Positions 18,661-30,079 of a DNA stretch of 64,000 nucleotides are shown one piece after another. A program made the position numbers and the translations under genes. The stretch is taken from assembly GCA_965240325.2 (NCBI GenBank), contig OZ251234.1, positions 1,426,001 through 1,490,000 of the forward strand, written 5' to 3'. The notes beneath the pieces were generated by a model. The model saw only the letters and a list, made by a program, of their open reading frames with translations, was not told the origin of the DNA and made no database searches. How positions within the stretch are numbered: the stretch's first letter is position 1; each line of letters starts with the position of its first letter. This DNA is from Rebecca billardiae RCC1528 (lineage: Eukaryota; Protista; Haptophyta).

Positions 18661-21276
18661 TTACTGACTCGTTTCCGATGCGTTGTCCTCGGGCAGCTGC
18701 GCCCGTGCAGCCGGATCGGCGGCGGCGTCGGGATGCTCCGCCAACGCCTCGGCACCGCTGCCATCTTGCTCGGCGTCTCCTTCCGCACCCTCGTTGTCCC
18801 ACAGGCCCATCTCCATGTGCGTGCCGTCCGAGACCACGTCGGACGCGGCGGACGACGGCGTCTTCTTGAGCGCGGCCTCGCGCGCCGCCGGCAGCTGCAG
18901 CTGCGAGCGCAGCGACGGCACGAGGCGGATGAGCTCGCGGTACGCGCTGTCGACGAGCCCTGCCTCGTCGAACAGCGCGTTCGCCACCGCCCACTTCGCC
19001 ACCTCGCCCGCCGGCCCGGCGCCCACGCGCGCCGCGTACACGCAGAGCGTGCGCACGAGCTGCTCGTGGCACGGCGCGGACACGACCGCGAGCGGGATCA
19101 GCACCTTGTGCAGCGCCGCCTCGAACATCACGGGCGGCACGGGGCCCTGCGGCACCTCCGCGTCGGCCTCGTGCGCGCCGCCCTTCGCCGACCCCGCCGC
19201 CGCCGCCGACGCCGTGATCAGCTCGACGAGCGAGTAGATGAAGTCGAGGTGCTCCTCCACTCCCACCTCCGCCAGCGAGCCGGCGAGCGCAAACAGCCCC
19301 TCGCACCGCGCCTCGTCATGCGCGCGCGTGCGCTGCAGCGCGTAGTGGAGGGTGAGGCGGCGCGCGCTGGGCGAGCGCATGAGCACGTCGTCCGCGACGC
19401 TGCGCGCGCCCGGCGCCTTGCCCCGCGCCTCCGCCTGCCCGTCCGCCCCGCTGGCGTCGTCGGCGACGTCGGGGTCGTCAGCCGCCGCGGCATCGTCCGC
19501 GCCCTCGTCCGCGGGCTCGACCCAGCCGTCTGCCTCGTCGGCGCCCGCCTCGGCGAGCTCGGCGGCAGCCTCGGCCTCGGCGGCGAGGTGGCGGCCGCGC
19601 GCGCCGGCGGCCGCGCGCCGCGGCCGCTTGCTCGCTCGCTCGCCCTCGCTGCCCTCCCCGTCCGCGCCGGAGCCGGGCTCGACGCCCTCGCCGTTGGGCG
19701 CGGCCGGCTCGGTCGGCGCGGCCGGCTCGGCGCCGGGCGCGGCCGCGCTGCCCGCGAGCGCGGGCGCGTCCACCGCCCAGGCGGGGAGGATGCCGCAGCC
19801 GCGCGCGTCGTCCTCGGCGAGCATCTCGCACAGCCGCGGGTACACGTTCGCCACGAGCTCCTCGATCAGCCGGTCGTCCGCCGGCACCACCGCCTCGGCC
19901 TTGAGCAGCGCGGCCGTGCCGTGCGCGATCGCGAGCACGCGCGCGCCGAACAGCAGCACCTCGTCCGACGCGAACGCGCGCGTGAGCTTCCTGCGCGCGA
20001 GCCTCACGACGTCGGCGTACGGGTCGTCGGTGTGCTCGTCGTCCTCCTCCGTCTCGACGTCCTCCTCGTCGCTCGCGCGCGCGAACGCGCGCACGTCCTC
20101 GGGCACGTGCGCGCGCACGCTCGCGCCCACGAGCGCGGCGAGCCCCGCGCCCGCGCGCACGCCTCCGTCCACGCCTCCGTCGCTCTCGACGACGGCGGCC
20201 GCGGCGCGCACGAGGCTCTGGAGCCTCGAGAGCAGCGTGGAGCAGAGCGTGTGCAGCGCGTGCGGATCGCGCGCGACCATCGCGAGGTCGCCCAGCTCCT
20301 CCGCCGTGCGCGGCGCGCTCGCGCCGTGCGGCGGGATGAACGAGGCCATCTCGCGCGCCGCGCGCGTCGACACCTTGCGGTCTCGGATGGCCGCGTCCAT
20401 CGTCCAGCAGAAGCGGTGGGTGCGGTCCCACTGCGAGACGTGCGACGCGCCGGCGCTGGGCTCGCGGTCGTGCGCGCTCATCAGCACGGCCACGCGCAGC
20501 GTGCAGAACAGCCCGACCCCCGTGTTCACGAAGAGCGTGCGCATGAACCCGCACAGCATCAGGTACAGGCCGCGGTGCTCGCCCATCAGCCGCACCATCT
20601 CGCGCACGGACGCGTCGCCGTCGCGCCGGCGGCGCGGGGGCAGCCGGCCGGCCGGCGTGAGCTGGAGCACGTCGTTCGCGCCCGCCACGTTCCGCGCGTC
20701 CGCGATGAACTGCGACATCAGCGGGAACACCGCCTCGCGGAAGAGCTCCTCGCGCGTGCGCCAGATCTGCTGCCGCACCTCGAGCGGCGCGTGCACGTAG
20801 TTCTCCGGGAGGGCGAGGTGGCTGAGCAGGTGGGCGGGGAGCTTGCCCGAGCGCTCGAGGAGCCGCGTGCACACGGGCTTCATCTCGGGCGTGCCCATGA
20901 ACGGCACCACGCGGCACAGCAGCTCGAGCACGCGCGCCTGCGGCATGCGCTCGACCTCCTCGAGAAGCCGCGAGCGCACGCACTCCATCACGCCGACGCA
21001 CGAGTCCGCACGCCGCGCGCCGAGCAGGTCGAGGAACTCGAGCACCGGGCCGACGCTGGGGATGAACGCCGGCAGCGCCAGGCTCGAGTGCATCTCCTCG
21101 ATCACGGCCGCCGGGTCGCGCTCCGAGAGCGCGTCCGCGACGTAACGCCGCCCTGCCTCGCCCATGAGCAGCGGCTCCTCCCCGTCGGCGCCCTCGGCCG
21201 TGGCGAGGGCCGCGTCCGCGTCGTCGCCACCCACTGCGTCGCCGGCAACCATTCCCGCGGCCTCGTCGTCAGCCAT
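18661..21276 (-). CDS. NELFB: Negative elongation factor B (COBRA1)-like, single ORF
   Basis: PSVGPVLEFLDLLGARRAD, APLEVRQQIW..EELFREAVFPL, PPRRRR, LYLMLCGFMRTLF..FCTLRVAVLMSAHD, DRTHRFCWTMDAAIRD, ELGDLAMVARDP match the COBRA1 family pattern. Confidence 0.85.
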   Translation of the reverse strand: MADDEAAGMVAGDAVGGDDADAALATAEGADGEEPLLMGEAGRRYVADALSERDPAAVIEEMHSSLALPAFIPSVGPVLEFLDLLGARRADSCVGVMECVRSRLLEEVERMPQARVLELLCRVVPFMGTPEMKPVCTRLLERSGKLPAHLLSHLALPENYVHAPLEVRQQIWRTREELFREAVFPLMSQFIADARNVAGANDVLQLTPAGRLPPRRRRDGDASVREMVRLMGEHRGLYLMLCGFMRTLFVNTGVGLFCTLRVAVLMSAHDREPSAGASHVSQWDRTHRFCWTMDAAIRDRKVSTRAAREMASFIPPHGASAPRTAEELGDLAMVARDPHALHTLCSTLLSRLQSLVRAAAAVVESDGGVDGGVRAGAGLAALVGASVRAHVPEDVRAFARASDEEDVETEEDDEHTDDPYADVVRLARRKLTRAFASDEVLLFGARVLAIAHGTAALLKAEAVVPADDRLIEELVANVYPRLCEMLAEDDARGCGILPAWAVDAPALAGSAAAPGAEPAAPTEPAAPNGEGVEPGSGADGEGSEGERASKRPRRAAAGARGRHLAAEAEAAAELAEAGADEADGWVEPADEGADDAAAADDPDVADDASGADGQAEARGKAPGARSVADDVLMRSPSARRLTLHYALQRTRAHDEARCEGLFALAGSLAEVGVEEHLDFIYSLVELITASAAAAGSAKGGAHEADAEVPQGPVPPVMFEAALHKVLIPLAVVSAPCHEQLVRTLCVYAARVGAGPAGEVAKWAVANALFDEAGLVDSAYRELIRLVPSLRSQLQLPAAREAALKKTPSSAASDVVSDGTHMEMGLWDNEGAEGDAEQDGSGAEALAEHPDAAADPAARAQLPEDNASETSQ

Positions 21277-21513
21277 GGGCGTCGCGCTGATCGGCACGGC
21301 GGAGGTGGGCAGCCGACGACGAACGCGAGCGGCAAGTGCTTACTTACCATGTGTACGCCTTGGTCGAATGACGAAGCGTATCTCGCCTTCGGCGATTTTT
21401 ACGGCATCCAAGCACTTTCGGCTTTTTTCGCTCACCTCCGCGGGCGGGCAACGCACGCGACGCACGGGTCCGCACGGCGGAACCGGGTCCGCCGCTGCGA
21501 ACACGCGCTGCCG

Positions 21514-22353
21514 ATGCCGGGCTGGACCCTGCTGGTGGTCCTCCTTCAGTGGCATGGCTTCATGGCTCTTTCCGCGCACGCGCTGCGCGACCACGTCTTT
21601 TGCCTGGGCCCGATGAAGACAGGCACAACCACCCTGGCCGCCGTGTTGCGGCAGCGCGGCTATCACCCATGCCATGGCCACTGCAGCGGCGTCGGCGACA
21701 ACTGGGCAAGGGTGACAGCCAATCACAGACGGCAACCCCTCCTGGGATACGACGCATACATGGACCATGGCCAAACGGCGGACTTCCGCTGGCTCGCCCA
21801 GACCTTCCCGAAAGCCCGGTTCGTGCTCAACACGCGCGAGCTCAAGGCCTGGCTCGTCTCGCGGGCTGACCACGCGCGCCGGAATCGCGTGGCGGGCCAC
21901 TGCTCCGAGTGGGGGAAGATGTGCTCATCAGCCCCCTCGTACTTCGTCGACAACACAGACAAGACCATCCGGCACTGGGTCATCGACGAGGCGTTGCATC
22001 AGCACGACGTCCTCACCTACTTCAACTCGAGCCAGGCCCTGCGCAACCGATTCATCATGGTCGACGTGGAGGGCATGGCATCGAGCGACCTCAACCTCAT
22101 GCTCGACTGGGTGACGCGTTCCAACCCGCAGGGATCGCAGCGGGCACCAAAGCTGGTCATGAAGCCAGAAGATGTCCCGATGCACCGCCCCCAGCACAAG
22201 ACCAAGATTCCTGATGCGAACAGTCATGGCCACTCACCGGAGACGGTTCACCGCATCACCTCCTTGCTGAACCGGCTCGGGTGCACGGGTGCGTCCACGC
22301 ACTACCTCATCTACTCCGCGTGCGCGCAGAAGGCAAGGCGTCAGCCAGTGTGA
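21514..22353 (+). CDS. Secreted sulfotransferase-family (P-loop) protein, intronless
   Basis: Signal peptide MPGWTLLVVLL.., VFCLGPMKTGTTTLAAVL, YDAYMD, FPKARFVLNTRELKAWLVS. Confidence 0.75.
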   Translation: MPGWTLLVVLLQWHGFMALSAHALRDHVFCLGPMKTGTTTLAAVLRQRGYHPCHGHCSGVGDNWARVTANHRRQPLLGYDAYMDHGQTADFRWLAQTFPKARFVLNTRELKAWLVSRADHARRNRVAGHCSEWGKMCSSAPSYFVDNTDKTIRHWVIDEALHQHDVLTYFNSSQALRNRFIMVDVEGMASSDLNLMLDWVTRSNPQGSQRAPKLVMKPEDVPMHRPQHKTKIPDANSHGHSPETVHRITSLLNRLGCTGASTHYLIYSACAQKARRQPV

Positions 22354-23204
22354 TGGCTTGTCAACTGGTGGCGGCGCAGAGCATGAGCAATGGCGCCGGA
22401 GCCCGGACGCCGCGGTCGACTCTGCTGCCGTCACTCTGCAAGACCCTGCTGAGTGCTGGCTGACACTGCATGCCAAACAGCAACATTGAGTGAGCAGACT
22501 GGCGGCCCGGTCTCCGCGACGAGCGAGCGCCGAGAAGACGACTCCACGCTCTAGTCCAGACACCCTGCTTGCCCGGCGCCCGGCCCGCCTCCGCCGCAGC
22601 AGGCAGCAGCGCTATGCACTACCGTACTACTAACATAGTCAAATACAGTATAGCTATAGCTATACGCCTGTCAATAGTTACGGAGTTACCGAATGAGTCG
22701 TCAATACGCAGCCTGCGCGCCGGACCCGCGCGGTACTGCTACTGCTAGCAGCCGAATAATATATATATTAAACGTCGATCGTTATATTGTTATATTATAA
22801 CTATTATTATGAATCGATCACGGACGCATGGCAGACTGCGCGCCCTGGGGCGGGCAGCCGGCGCCGGTCACGGTCTGAGCATTGGCATTGAGCCTCAGGC
22901 AGCGGCTCGAGATGTCATCACGTACTCCGCCAGCGGCGCCAGCCGATCGACGACAGGCGACAATACGGCATGGTCGATGATCGATGCAGGCGCAGAGACG
23001 GCGGCGACGAGCGAAGCTTGCGGTGCAGAGAGTGGGACACTTGGCATCCACAGCCGCTGGCCACGCGCGCCGCCGTCGCGGGTGCCTCAGCGCCCGCGCA
23101 GTGCCTCGCGCCGTGCGTGCGGCAGCCGCCATTCACGGCGACAGTGCAAGCAACGGTCGCCAGGCGTCGGTGGCAAGACCGTCGTCGGCCCAGGTCCCAG
23201 CGGC

Positions 23205-24896
23205 TCACTTGCCTGCGATCAGAAGGTACAGCGCGATGCCATTCCGCACGAGGAAGGACCCAGCGATGAAGAGCGCGAGCACGACGTTTGAGAACAGGTC
23301 GATGATGAACCAGCGGAGCGACAGCCTGTACACAGCCCTCGACTCCTTTGCGTTGAGTGCCTTGTAGTGGTTCACCATCGCGCGCGTGTTCGTGCGCGAG
23401 TCGTAGAGGTCGACCGCGCGCTTCCGCCCTGCCTGGCCCATGCGCTGACGCAGAGCCTTGCCGTCCGGCACGCACAGCCTTCTCGCCGCCTGATAGTAGC
23501 CCTCCAGGTCACCGGCCGGCACCGTGTACCCGTGCACGCCTGCAGGCCGGCGGCGCGCGTCGGACGGCGCGCGATGTCGCGGTGAGCGCCAGGCGGACGG
23601 ACGCGCTCGCCACTCGCGGGCGCGTCGCCGCGGCACGTGAGCCCGGGGCTGCGGCGCACCGTCGTCGACGAGATGCGAGCCCGACGTGATGTCCACGATG
23701 CACGGCAGGCCGCTCGCCATCCCCTCGAGCGTCACGTTGCCGAAGGTCTCCACGCCGGACGGGAAGAGCAGCACGTCTGAAGACGCGTACATCACCGCCA
23801 GCTCGTCCGCCTCGATCCAGCCGACAAAGTGGAGGTTGGGCAGCGAGGCGCGCACCTGCTTGAGCTGTCTGCTGCCCAGGTCGTCCACGGCCTTGCCCGC
23901 GATCAGCGTGTGCACGCGAAACCCATCCGCCGCCAGCCTGTGCGAGCGGCGTCGGCGGGCGCGGCGCATCGCAGGGCTCAGTCAGCGCTTGGCACGCGCC
24001 GCGTCGGCGCGGCGCGTCGGCGCGTGACGCGGCCGGACGGGCGCGGCGCGGGCGGCGCGCGGCGGCGGGCGTGGCGGCAGGGCGTGCGGCACGCACCGGC
24101 GGACGACCTCGGCGAAGACGTCGAAGCGCTTCTCGACCACGATGCGGCTCGACCAGCAGAAGAGCACGTCGTCGTCGCCCACGCCGTGCTTGGCGCGGAA
24201 GCTGGCCGATCGCTTCTCCGGCGTGAAGACATCCGCCTTGATGCCGCGGCCCCAGACGCCCATGCGCTGCGGGCTGAATCCCAGCTCGGATGCCAGCTCG
24301 AGCCGCAGCTGCGCCGTCGGCACCAGCACGAGCGGCACCTGCAGGTAGAAGAACCACAGCCACCGCCTCACGATCGGCGTCGTGACGCTTGGCACCGGGT
24401 AGAACTGCGTGTACGTGTGGAAGTTGGAGTGCCACGTGGCGAGGCAGGGCACGTTGTGGCGGCCGGCCCACGAGATCGCAGCGAGCGCGCCGCCGTCCGG
24501 GCACGTGATGTGCATGATGTTCGGGTCGAACTCATTGAGCAGCGCCATCGCTTTTTGGCCGAGCATCTTGCCCACGACGTATCCCTCGCGCTCGCGCTCG
24601 GTGGCGTCCTCCTCGCCTGGCGGCTTGTAGGAGGGCATCGGAAAGTCCATGGCGGGGACCTCGATGATCTCATCCGCGCTCACCGTCCGGTCCGTGTGCC
24701 ACGCCCGCTCGTTGGGCACGGTCGTCAGAATCCGCACCTCGCCGCCGTGCTCCTTGACGTACGAGAGGATGCGGCGGACCGTGAGCGTCACGCCGTCCTC
24801 GTTGAAGAAGTTGGACGAGTAGATGGCGATGCGCAGCTCGCGGTCGGTCAAGTGACGCGGCGAGCCCGGCGGCAGCCTGCCGGGGCTCGCGCTCAT
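23205..24896 (-). CDS. GT4-family glycosyltransferase (PimA/SQD2-like), at least 2 introns; possible extra terminal exon ending ~22818
   Basis: LRIAIYSSNFFNEDGVTLT, FDPNIMHITCP, ATWHSNFHTY, WGRGIKADVFTP, SRIVVEK, YASSDVLLFPSGVETFGNVTLEGMASGLPCI. Confidence 0.88.
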
Positions 24897-25196
24897 CGGA
24901 GCAGAGGTGCTGCAGGCACGCGAGCGCGCGCGCCGCGATGCTCGCCGACCTCGAGCCCGCCGCCGCAGCGCACTCAACTGGCTCGGCCGCCGGAATGTGG
25001 GGCACTGGTCCGGACGAAGCGCTCGTTCCTCTTCCTGACGAGTCCGGAACGTTTCTTCCTGATGAGTTGCAGCCAGCGGCGGGGATTATGACACAGAGCA
25101 TTGTCATGGACTGTCGGTCACGTACCGTTAAGCGTTATCCTGCGGTGCGACGCCACACGCGTCACTTCTGACAGATGAGTCCTAATGCGTCAGACG

Positions 25197-26372
25197 TCAC
25201 TCGGACAACGAGAATCCCTTCGCGCGCACGGCAGCCTCGGTGCGCACCCACAGCTCTCGCTGCAGCGTGCCGTTCGTGGCTTGCGCGTGTGGCGGCGGGC
25301 TGACGAGCCGGCCGATCGGCTCGTAGTACCCGCCGGCCACGAGGTCGTCCATGGGCGCCGTCGCGAGCTGCAGCTGAGTGAGGGCGCCATCGGCCTGCGT
25401 GAATTGCGCGAGGCTGAAGAGAAAGCCGAAAAACGCGCCGAGTGCCTCGGCGACCGGGCCGTTGGCGCGCGCCTCTTCCTCCATGTGCGCCGTCATGTAC
25501 CGCCCCAGCTCCGTCTGGATGATGCCAGGATGGCAGCTCACGGCGCGCACCGCGACGCCGCGCGCGGCGTAGCGCGCATCGAGCTCTCGCGCGAACAGGA
25601 TGTTGGCGAGCTTGCTCTGGCCGTACGCGCGGCCGTCCTCGTAGTCAGGCGCGCGGCCCTCCCACGCGTCGAAGCGGATGCCCTCGGCGGGCGCGTTCAT
25701 CGAAGCGATCGACGAGACCACAACCACGCGCGCCGGCGCTGATGCCTCGAGCAGCGCCCCGAGACGGGCGGCGAGCAGCCAGTGGCCAACGTGGTTGATG
25801 CCGATGTGCGCCTCGAAGCCGTCCGCCGTCGCCTCGTAGCCGTACGTCATGCTGCGCCCGACGAAGCTCTCGCCCGGGCTCTTCATGACGCCCGCGTTCA
25901 GCACGAGGACGTGCAGCGGCCGCCGAAGAGCGGCGAACGCCTCTGCGCAAGCCTCCACGCTCGCCAGCGAGGCGAGGTCGACGACGAGCGCATGCACTTT
26001 TGCGGAGCCGTTCACGGCGGCTTCGATCGCGCGCACGGTGGCGTCAGCCTTGTTGCGCGTGCGCGCCGTGATGTACACCTCCGCGCCACGCTGTGCGAGT
26101 GCGCGCGCCGTCTCAAAGCCGATGCCAGTGTTCGCACCCGTGACGAGCGCGACCTGGCCACCGAGGTCTGGGATGTCCGCCTCGCGGAAGCCGCCTGGGC
26201 TCGTGTACTTGTGCACCCAGCCTCCGGCGGTGAACGAGAAGAAGAGCGGAATCGCGGCCGGCGGGACAGCTACTGCGAGGAGCGCGACGTACGCGGCACA
26301 GCGGAGCACGCCCCTACCGCCGCGAGGTGCCGACGGTGCCGAGGCCTTCGTCTTCGTCGCCGTCGTCGTCAT
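25197..26372 (-). CDS. Short-chain dehydrogenase/reductase (retinol dehydrogenase-like), N-terminal TM
   Basis: VTGANTGIG, LVLNAGVM, INHVGHWLL, VVVVSS, YGQSKLANILF, HPGIIQTEL. Confidence 0.93.
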   Translation of the reverse strand: MTTTATKTKASAPSAPRGGRGVLRCAAYVALLAVAVPPAAIPLFFSFTAGGWVHKYTSPGGFREADIPDLGGQVALVTGANTGIGFETARALAQRGAEVYITARTRNKADATVRAIEAAVNGSAKVHALVVDLASLASVEACAEAFAALRRPLHVLVLNAGVMKSPGESFVGRSMTYGYEATADGFEAHIGINHVGHWLLAARLGALLEASAPARVVVVSSIASMNAPAEGIRFDAWEGRAPDYEDGRAYGQSKLANILFARELDARYAARGVAVRAVSCHPGIIQTELGRYMTAHMEEEARANGPVAEALGAFFGFLFSLAQFTQADGALTQLQLATAPMDDLVAGGYYEPIGRLVSPPPHAQATNGTLQRELWVRTEAAVRAKGFSLSE

Positions 26373-26540
26373 GCGTGCGAATCTACTCGATCGGCTCTTC
26401 GCGAAGCTCGCGAGCGCTGCGCGCAGGCCGTTGCACCGGCGGGGAACTCGGCCCGGATTCCGCCAGAATGACCGGACCCCGCACGCCTGGCGGTCGGTCC
26501 GGCCCGACTTGTGGCCTGTCCGTGTGGGTCAGATCACACG

Positions 26541-28147
26541 ATGGCGCGCCTGGCGCGGACCACTCATGCGGCGCTGACCGTAGCGGCGTGCGTGGTGACG
26601 GTGGCCGGCCGGCCGCCTCTCAACGTCGCGCGTAATGGCAGCACGTGCGCCGGCACCGGCCTCCCGCCGCCGTGCGACGCGCACGCCGTCATCTCGATTG
26701 GGACGCGACCCATGTGCTTCCGTGTCTTCACAAACACGAGCTGGGAGGGGGTTGCGCTCGTCAGCGCGGCGGCCCTGCAGGAGGTGACGGGCGGCGGCGG
26801 CGAGCCGAGGGCCGATGCGCCCGAGCGCGAGTGGCAGGCGCTGGCCCGGGCGTACCCGCGGGCGCGCGTCTTCGTCTTCTGCGAGCCGATCGCGACCGGC
26901 GTGCACGCTGCTCTTCACCCGATCCGCCGCGAGCGCAAGCTGGACCTGATCATGATGCCGTCGCACCGGACGTACACGTGCGACACGAAGCTGCGCGAGC
27001 TGCGGCGCGGCGTGAGCTTGAGCGCCGCCAAGCAGTTCACGCACATCGTCGTCCTCTCCGCGCGGTACGGCGACGTGTGCGACGCGGCGGGGCTGCGCTC
27101 CAAGCTGCTGCTCTGGCCGTACCTGCAGGAGGCGCTCCCAGGCGAGGCGCCGATGGCGCCGACGCTCGCGGAGTGGGCTCGGAGGCGCGCCGAGCTCCGC
27201 GCCGACCGCTGGGCGCGCATGGCGAACGGCACCTTCCTCGCGCGCACCGGCTCGCCGTCGATCGTCTTCACCGGCGGGATCGCCGAGCGGCGGTTTGTCG
27301 AGCTGCTCCGCGCGGTCTCGGACACCGAGCTGTCGGTGCAGGTGTGGGGTGCCGACCACCGCAAGCTGCCCAGGCAGCTGTGCGAGCTCGGCGGGATGCG
27401 CGCGCCGCAGTGCGTCATCGTGGGCAAGCGGCCGGTGGAGCAGTTCAAAGCGGCGATGGACGAAGCCCTCCTCATCGCGGTCCCCCTCAAGCGTCCGGTG
27501 CGGCACCCACCCGCCCTCTCCCTCCCCTGCCGCTGCGCGCGCCTCCCCGGAGCGCGCGCGCGCGGGCCGCGGGCGGTGGACGTCGGTGAGCTCAGCGTAC
27601 ACACGCGCGCGCGCGTCCCTGTGCTGGCCCCGCGCGCGCCCCTGCGGCCGGCGCGGCCGGCGCGCAGCCGTCGAAGCCCATCACAGGCCTGACGACGGTC
27701 GTGGAGGCGATCCAGCGTAGCAAGACGGTCGCCGTGAGCTCCTTCCGGGAGACGTACGACGGCTACCTCGAGCACGAGCGCACGGGATTCAGGCTGGGCA
27801 GCGGCTGCGAGGCGTGGAAGTCGGTGCTGAACACGATGCTCGCCGCCGCGCGAGACGGCGCGGCGCTCGCGCGCATGGAGGAGCGCGTGCACGACGCGAG
27901 CGTGATGTACACGCGGGAGTGCTACCTGGCCCTCATGCGCTCGTGGCTGCAGCGCTGGGGCGTGACGGCCTGGCCCGATGCCATGAAGCCCAACCCGCCG
28001 TGCCCGCTCTTCGACAATCACGTGTTCGACAAGAGGCGCGGACCTTGGCGCGGCAACGCGAGTGCCGCATCGTCGTCGCCGCCTGAGAGGCTGCCGCTGC
28101 TGAAGGCATCCAAATGCCGCCCAGCGGGAAAGGTGATGATACGATAG
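26541..28147 (+). CDS. Secreted GT-B fold (GT4-like) glycosyltransferase, one intron (~27498-27666)
   Basis: Signal peptide; IVFTGG, DEALLIAVPL, then in the next exon GLTTVVEAIQRSKTV..YDGYLEHERTGF (GT4 C-terminal Glu motif). Confidence 0.55.
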
Positions 28148-28176
28148 CGGCGCAACTGCCAATATAACTTCATTGA

Positions 28177-28292
<116 letters not shown>

Positions 28293-29033
28293 TAGTTCAG
28301 CCGCTGACATCAGACATGGGCCCCGCATGCCAGGCTGATGACTCAGATCGGAGCGGCCCGTCGTCAGCTTCAATGACAATGCAATCAATCGGATGCGGCG
28401 ATCGTCATTCTGACAATGCCATGACCAGACGACGTGCCAACTATTTCGGTTGCCAGACTGTCTGGCCCGTCGTGTGGGCCCGCTCTGACTGTGGCGCCGC
28501 CGACCGGCACGGGCCGCGCCAGTACCGTGAGTACCGTGACTACCGGTCTGACGGTCCCGGCGGCGATCTCACGCCGGAGTAAGCTAGCCCGGGCGGAGCT
28601 GCAGCCGCCGTGCTACCGTACGCACTACACAGACGCTCACTTGATGAGGCACTGTCAGAAACTGTCACGACGCGTGATGTCATGAGTCGTGATGACTGCA
28701 CTGTACTGTCCCGCAACTGATGCTGCGGATGGGCCAGCTCGGCGACGTCGGAACTGCGCGATTCGAACCGGTCGACGCGGTCGACGCGGATCGACATGCG
28801 GATCGGCGCGCGGACTATTGCGAGTATTCCCCCTCTATCTTTGGTTGTATGAGACGGGCCAAAGCTCCTGGCTGGTCGCCTGACTTCCTCGGACGGCCGC
28901 CATCTTTCTTGTGGGGCATTTATTTGCGCGATGGACAGCGCAGGAAAACTGTCGCGCATGATTTCCCGGTCGCGCCGCGCCCAAAATCTTGCGCCCTCCT
29001 ATTACTTGTACCGCTGCCGGGTGGGCGAGCAAG

Positions 29034-30047
29034 ATGGCGGGCTGGGTCGGCGGCCTACCGGCCTCAGGCCTGGCCACCGTGCCGGCACGTCTCTTGCCGG
29101 CCCTGGCAGCGCTGTTGGCGCTGCTGTCGGCCCCCGTGTGTGCCATCGACCTGGTGGACGGCGGTGCGCGCGCCGCCTCCGCGCGTGCGCATCCCACGCG
29201 CCTTTGCGCTTGCTGATCCACGGACGCCATGCGCGCGTGCGCGCCGCCGCCGCTCGGGCCGCCGCGCAGAATTCCAAACGATCGGCCTCGCCGCGTCGCA
29301 GGTGCGCGTGATCGACGCGTTCACGCCCACGCCCGACCAGCAGTTCCTCCTCCAGGTCTGGGACCGCGCGTCCACGGCGGACAGGCTGAACGTGTACGTG
29401 AACGTCGGCCCGCTCGCCGAGGTCGAAAGCTCGCTCTCGGTGGCCAACACGCTCACGCTCACGCGCGCGCAGTACCGCTCGCTCGAGCCGGTGGACTCGA
29501 CGTCGGCCGCGTGCAACGCCGCCGTCTCGGCCACCTGCGCGCTGTACCAGCTCTACCTCTCGCCGTGCGAGGTCGGCCAGAACTCGATCAAGATCGCCGT
29601 GCAGAACGAGGACTCGAGCAGCTCGGTGCAGGTGCGCATCGTGTACGAGGCGAGCGTCGCGCTCGCGTCGGCGGCGGACGCACAGCCGATCGTCGACGCC
29701 CCGGCCGCCCAGTTCGGCCACCCGCTCTACCGCTGGGAGCAGCGCACGGTGCTGCCGTCCGCCGAGTCGATCACGGTCACGCTCGGGTACGCCGGCCTGT
29801 GGTCGCCGCGCGGGCTCACGCTGTACGTGCGCCGGGGCGAGTGCCCGACGCTCACGGCGTTCGACTACGCGCTCGACGTGCAGCTGGCGAGGAAGTACCC
29901 GCTCTGCCCGTGCGGCGCGCCCAACTCGACGAACGCGCCGCTCCCGCCGCCGAGCCCGCCCTCGCCGCCGCCGTTTGCGCCGCCGCCGCTCCCGCCGCCC
30001 TTCCCGCCCTCGCCGCCGCCCGCCCCGCCGCCGCCGCCCGGCTCGCC

Positions 30048-30079
<32 letters not shown>

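Noticed and set aside
18733-21500. 1206-aa plus-strand ORF, and similar long antisense ORFs (32818-35907, 42792-45161, 49517-51892)
   Set aside because: Shadow ORFs caused by high GC and codon bias on the opposite strand; only the final ~280 aa of 18733-22353 looks like a real gene.
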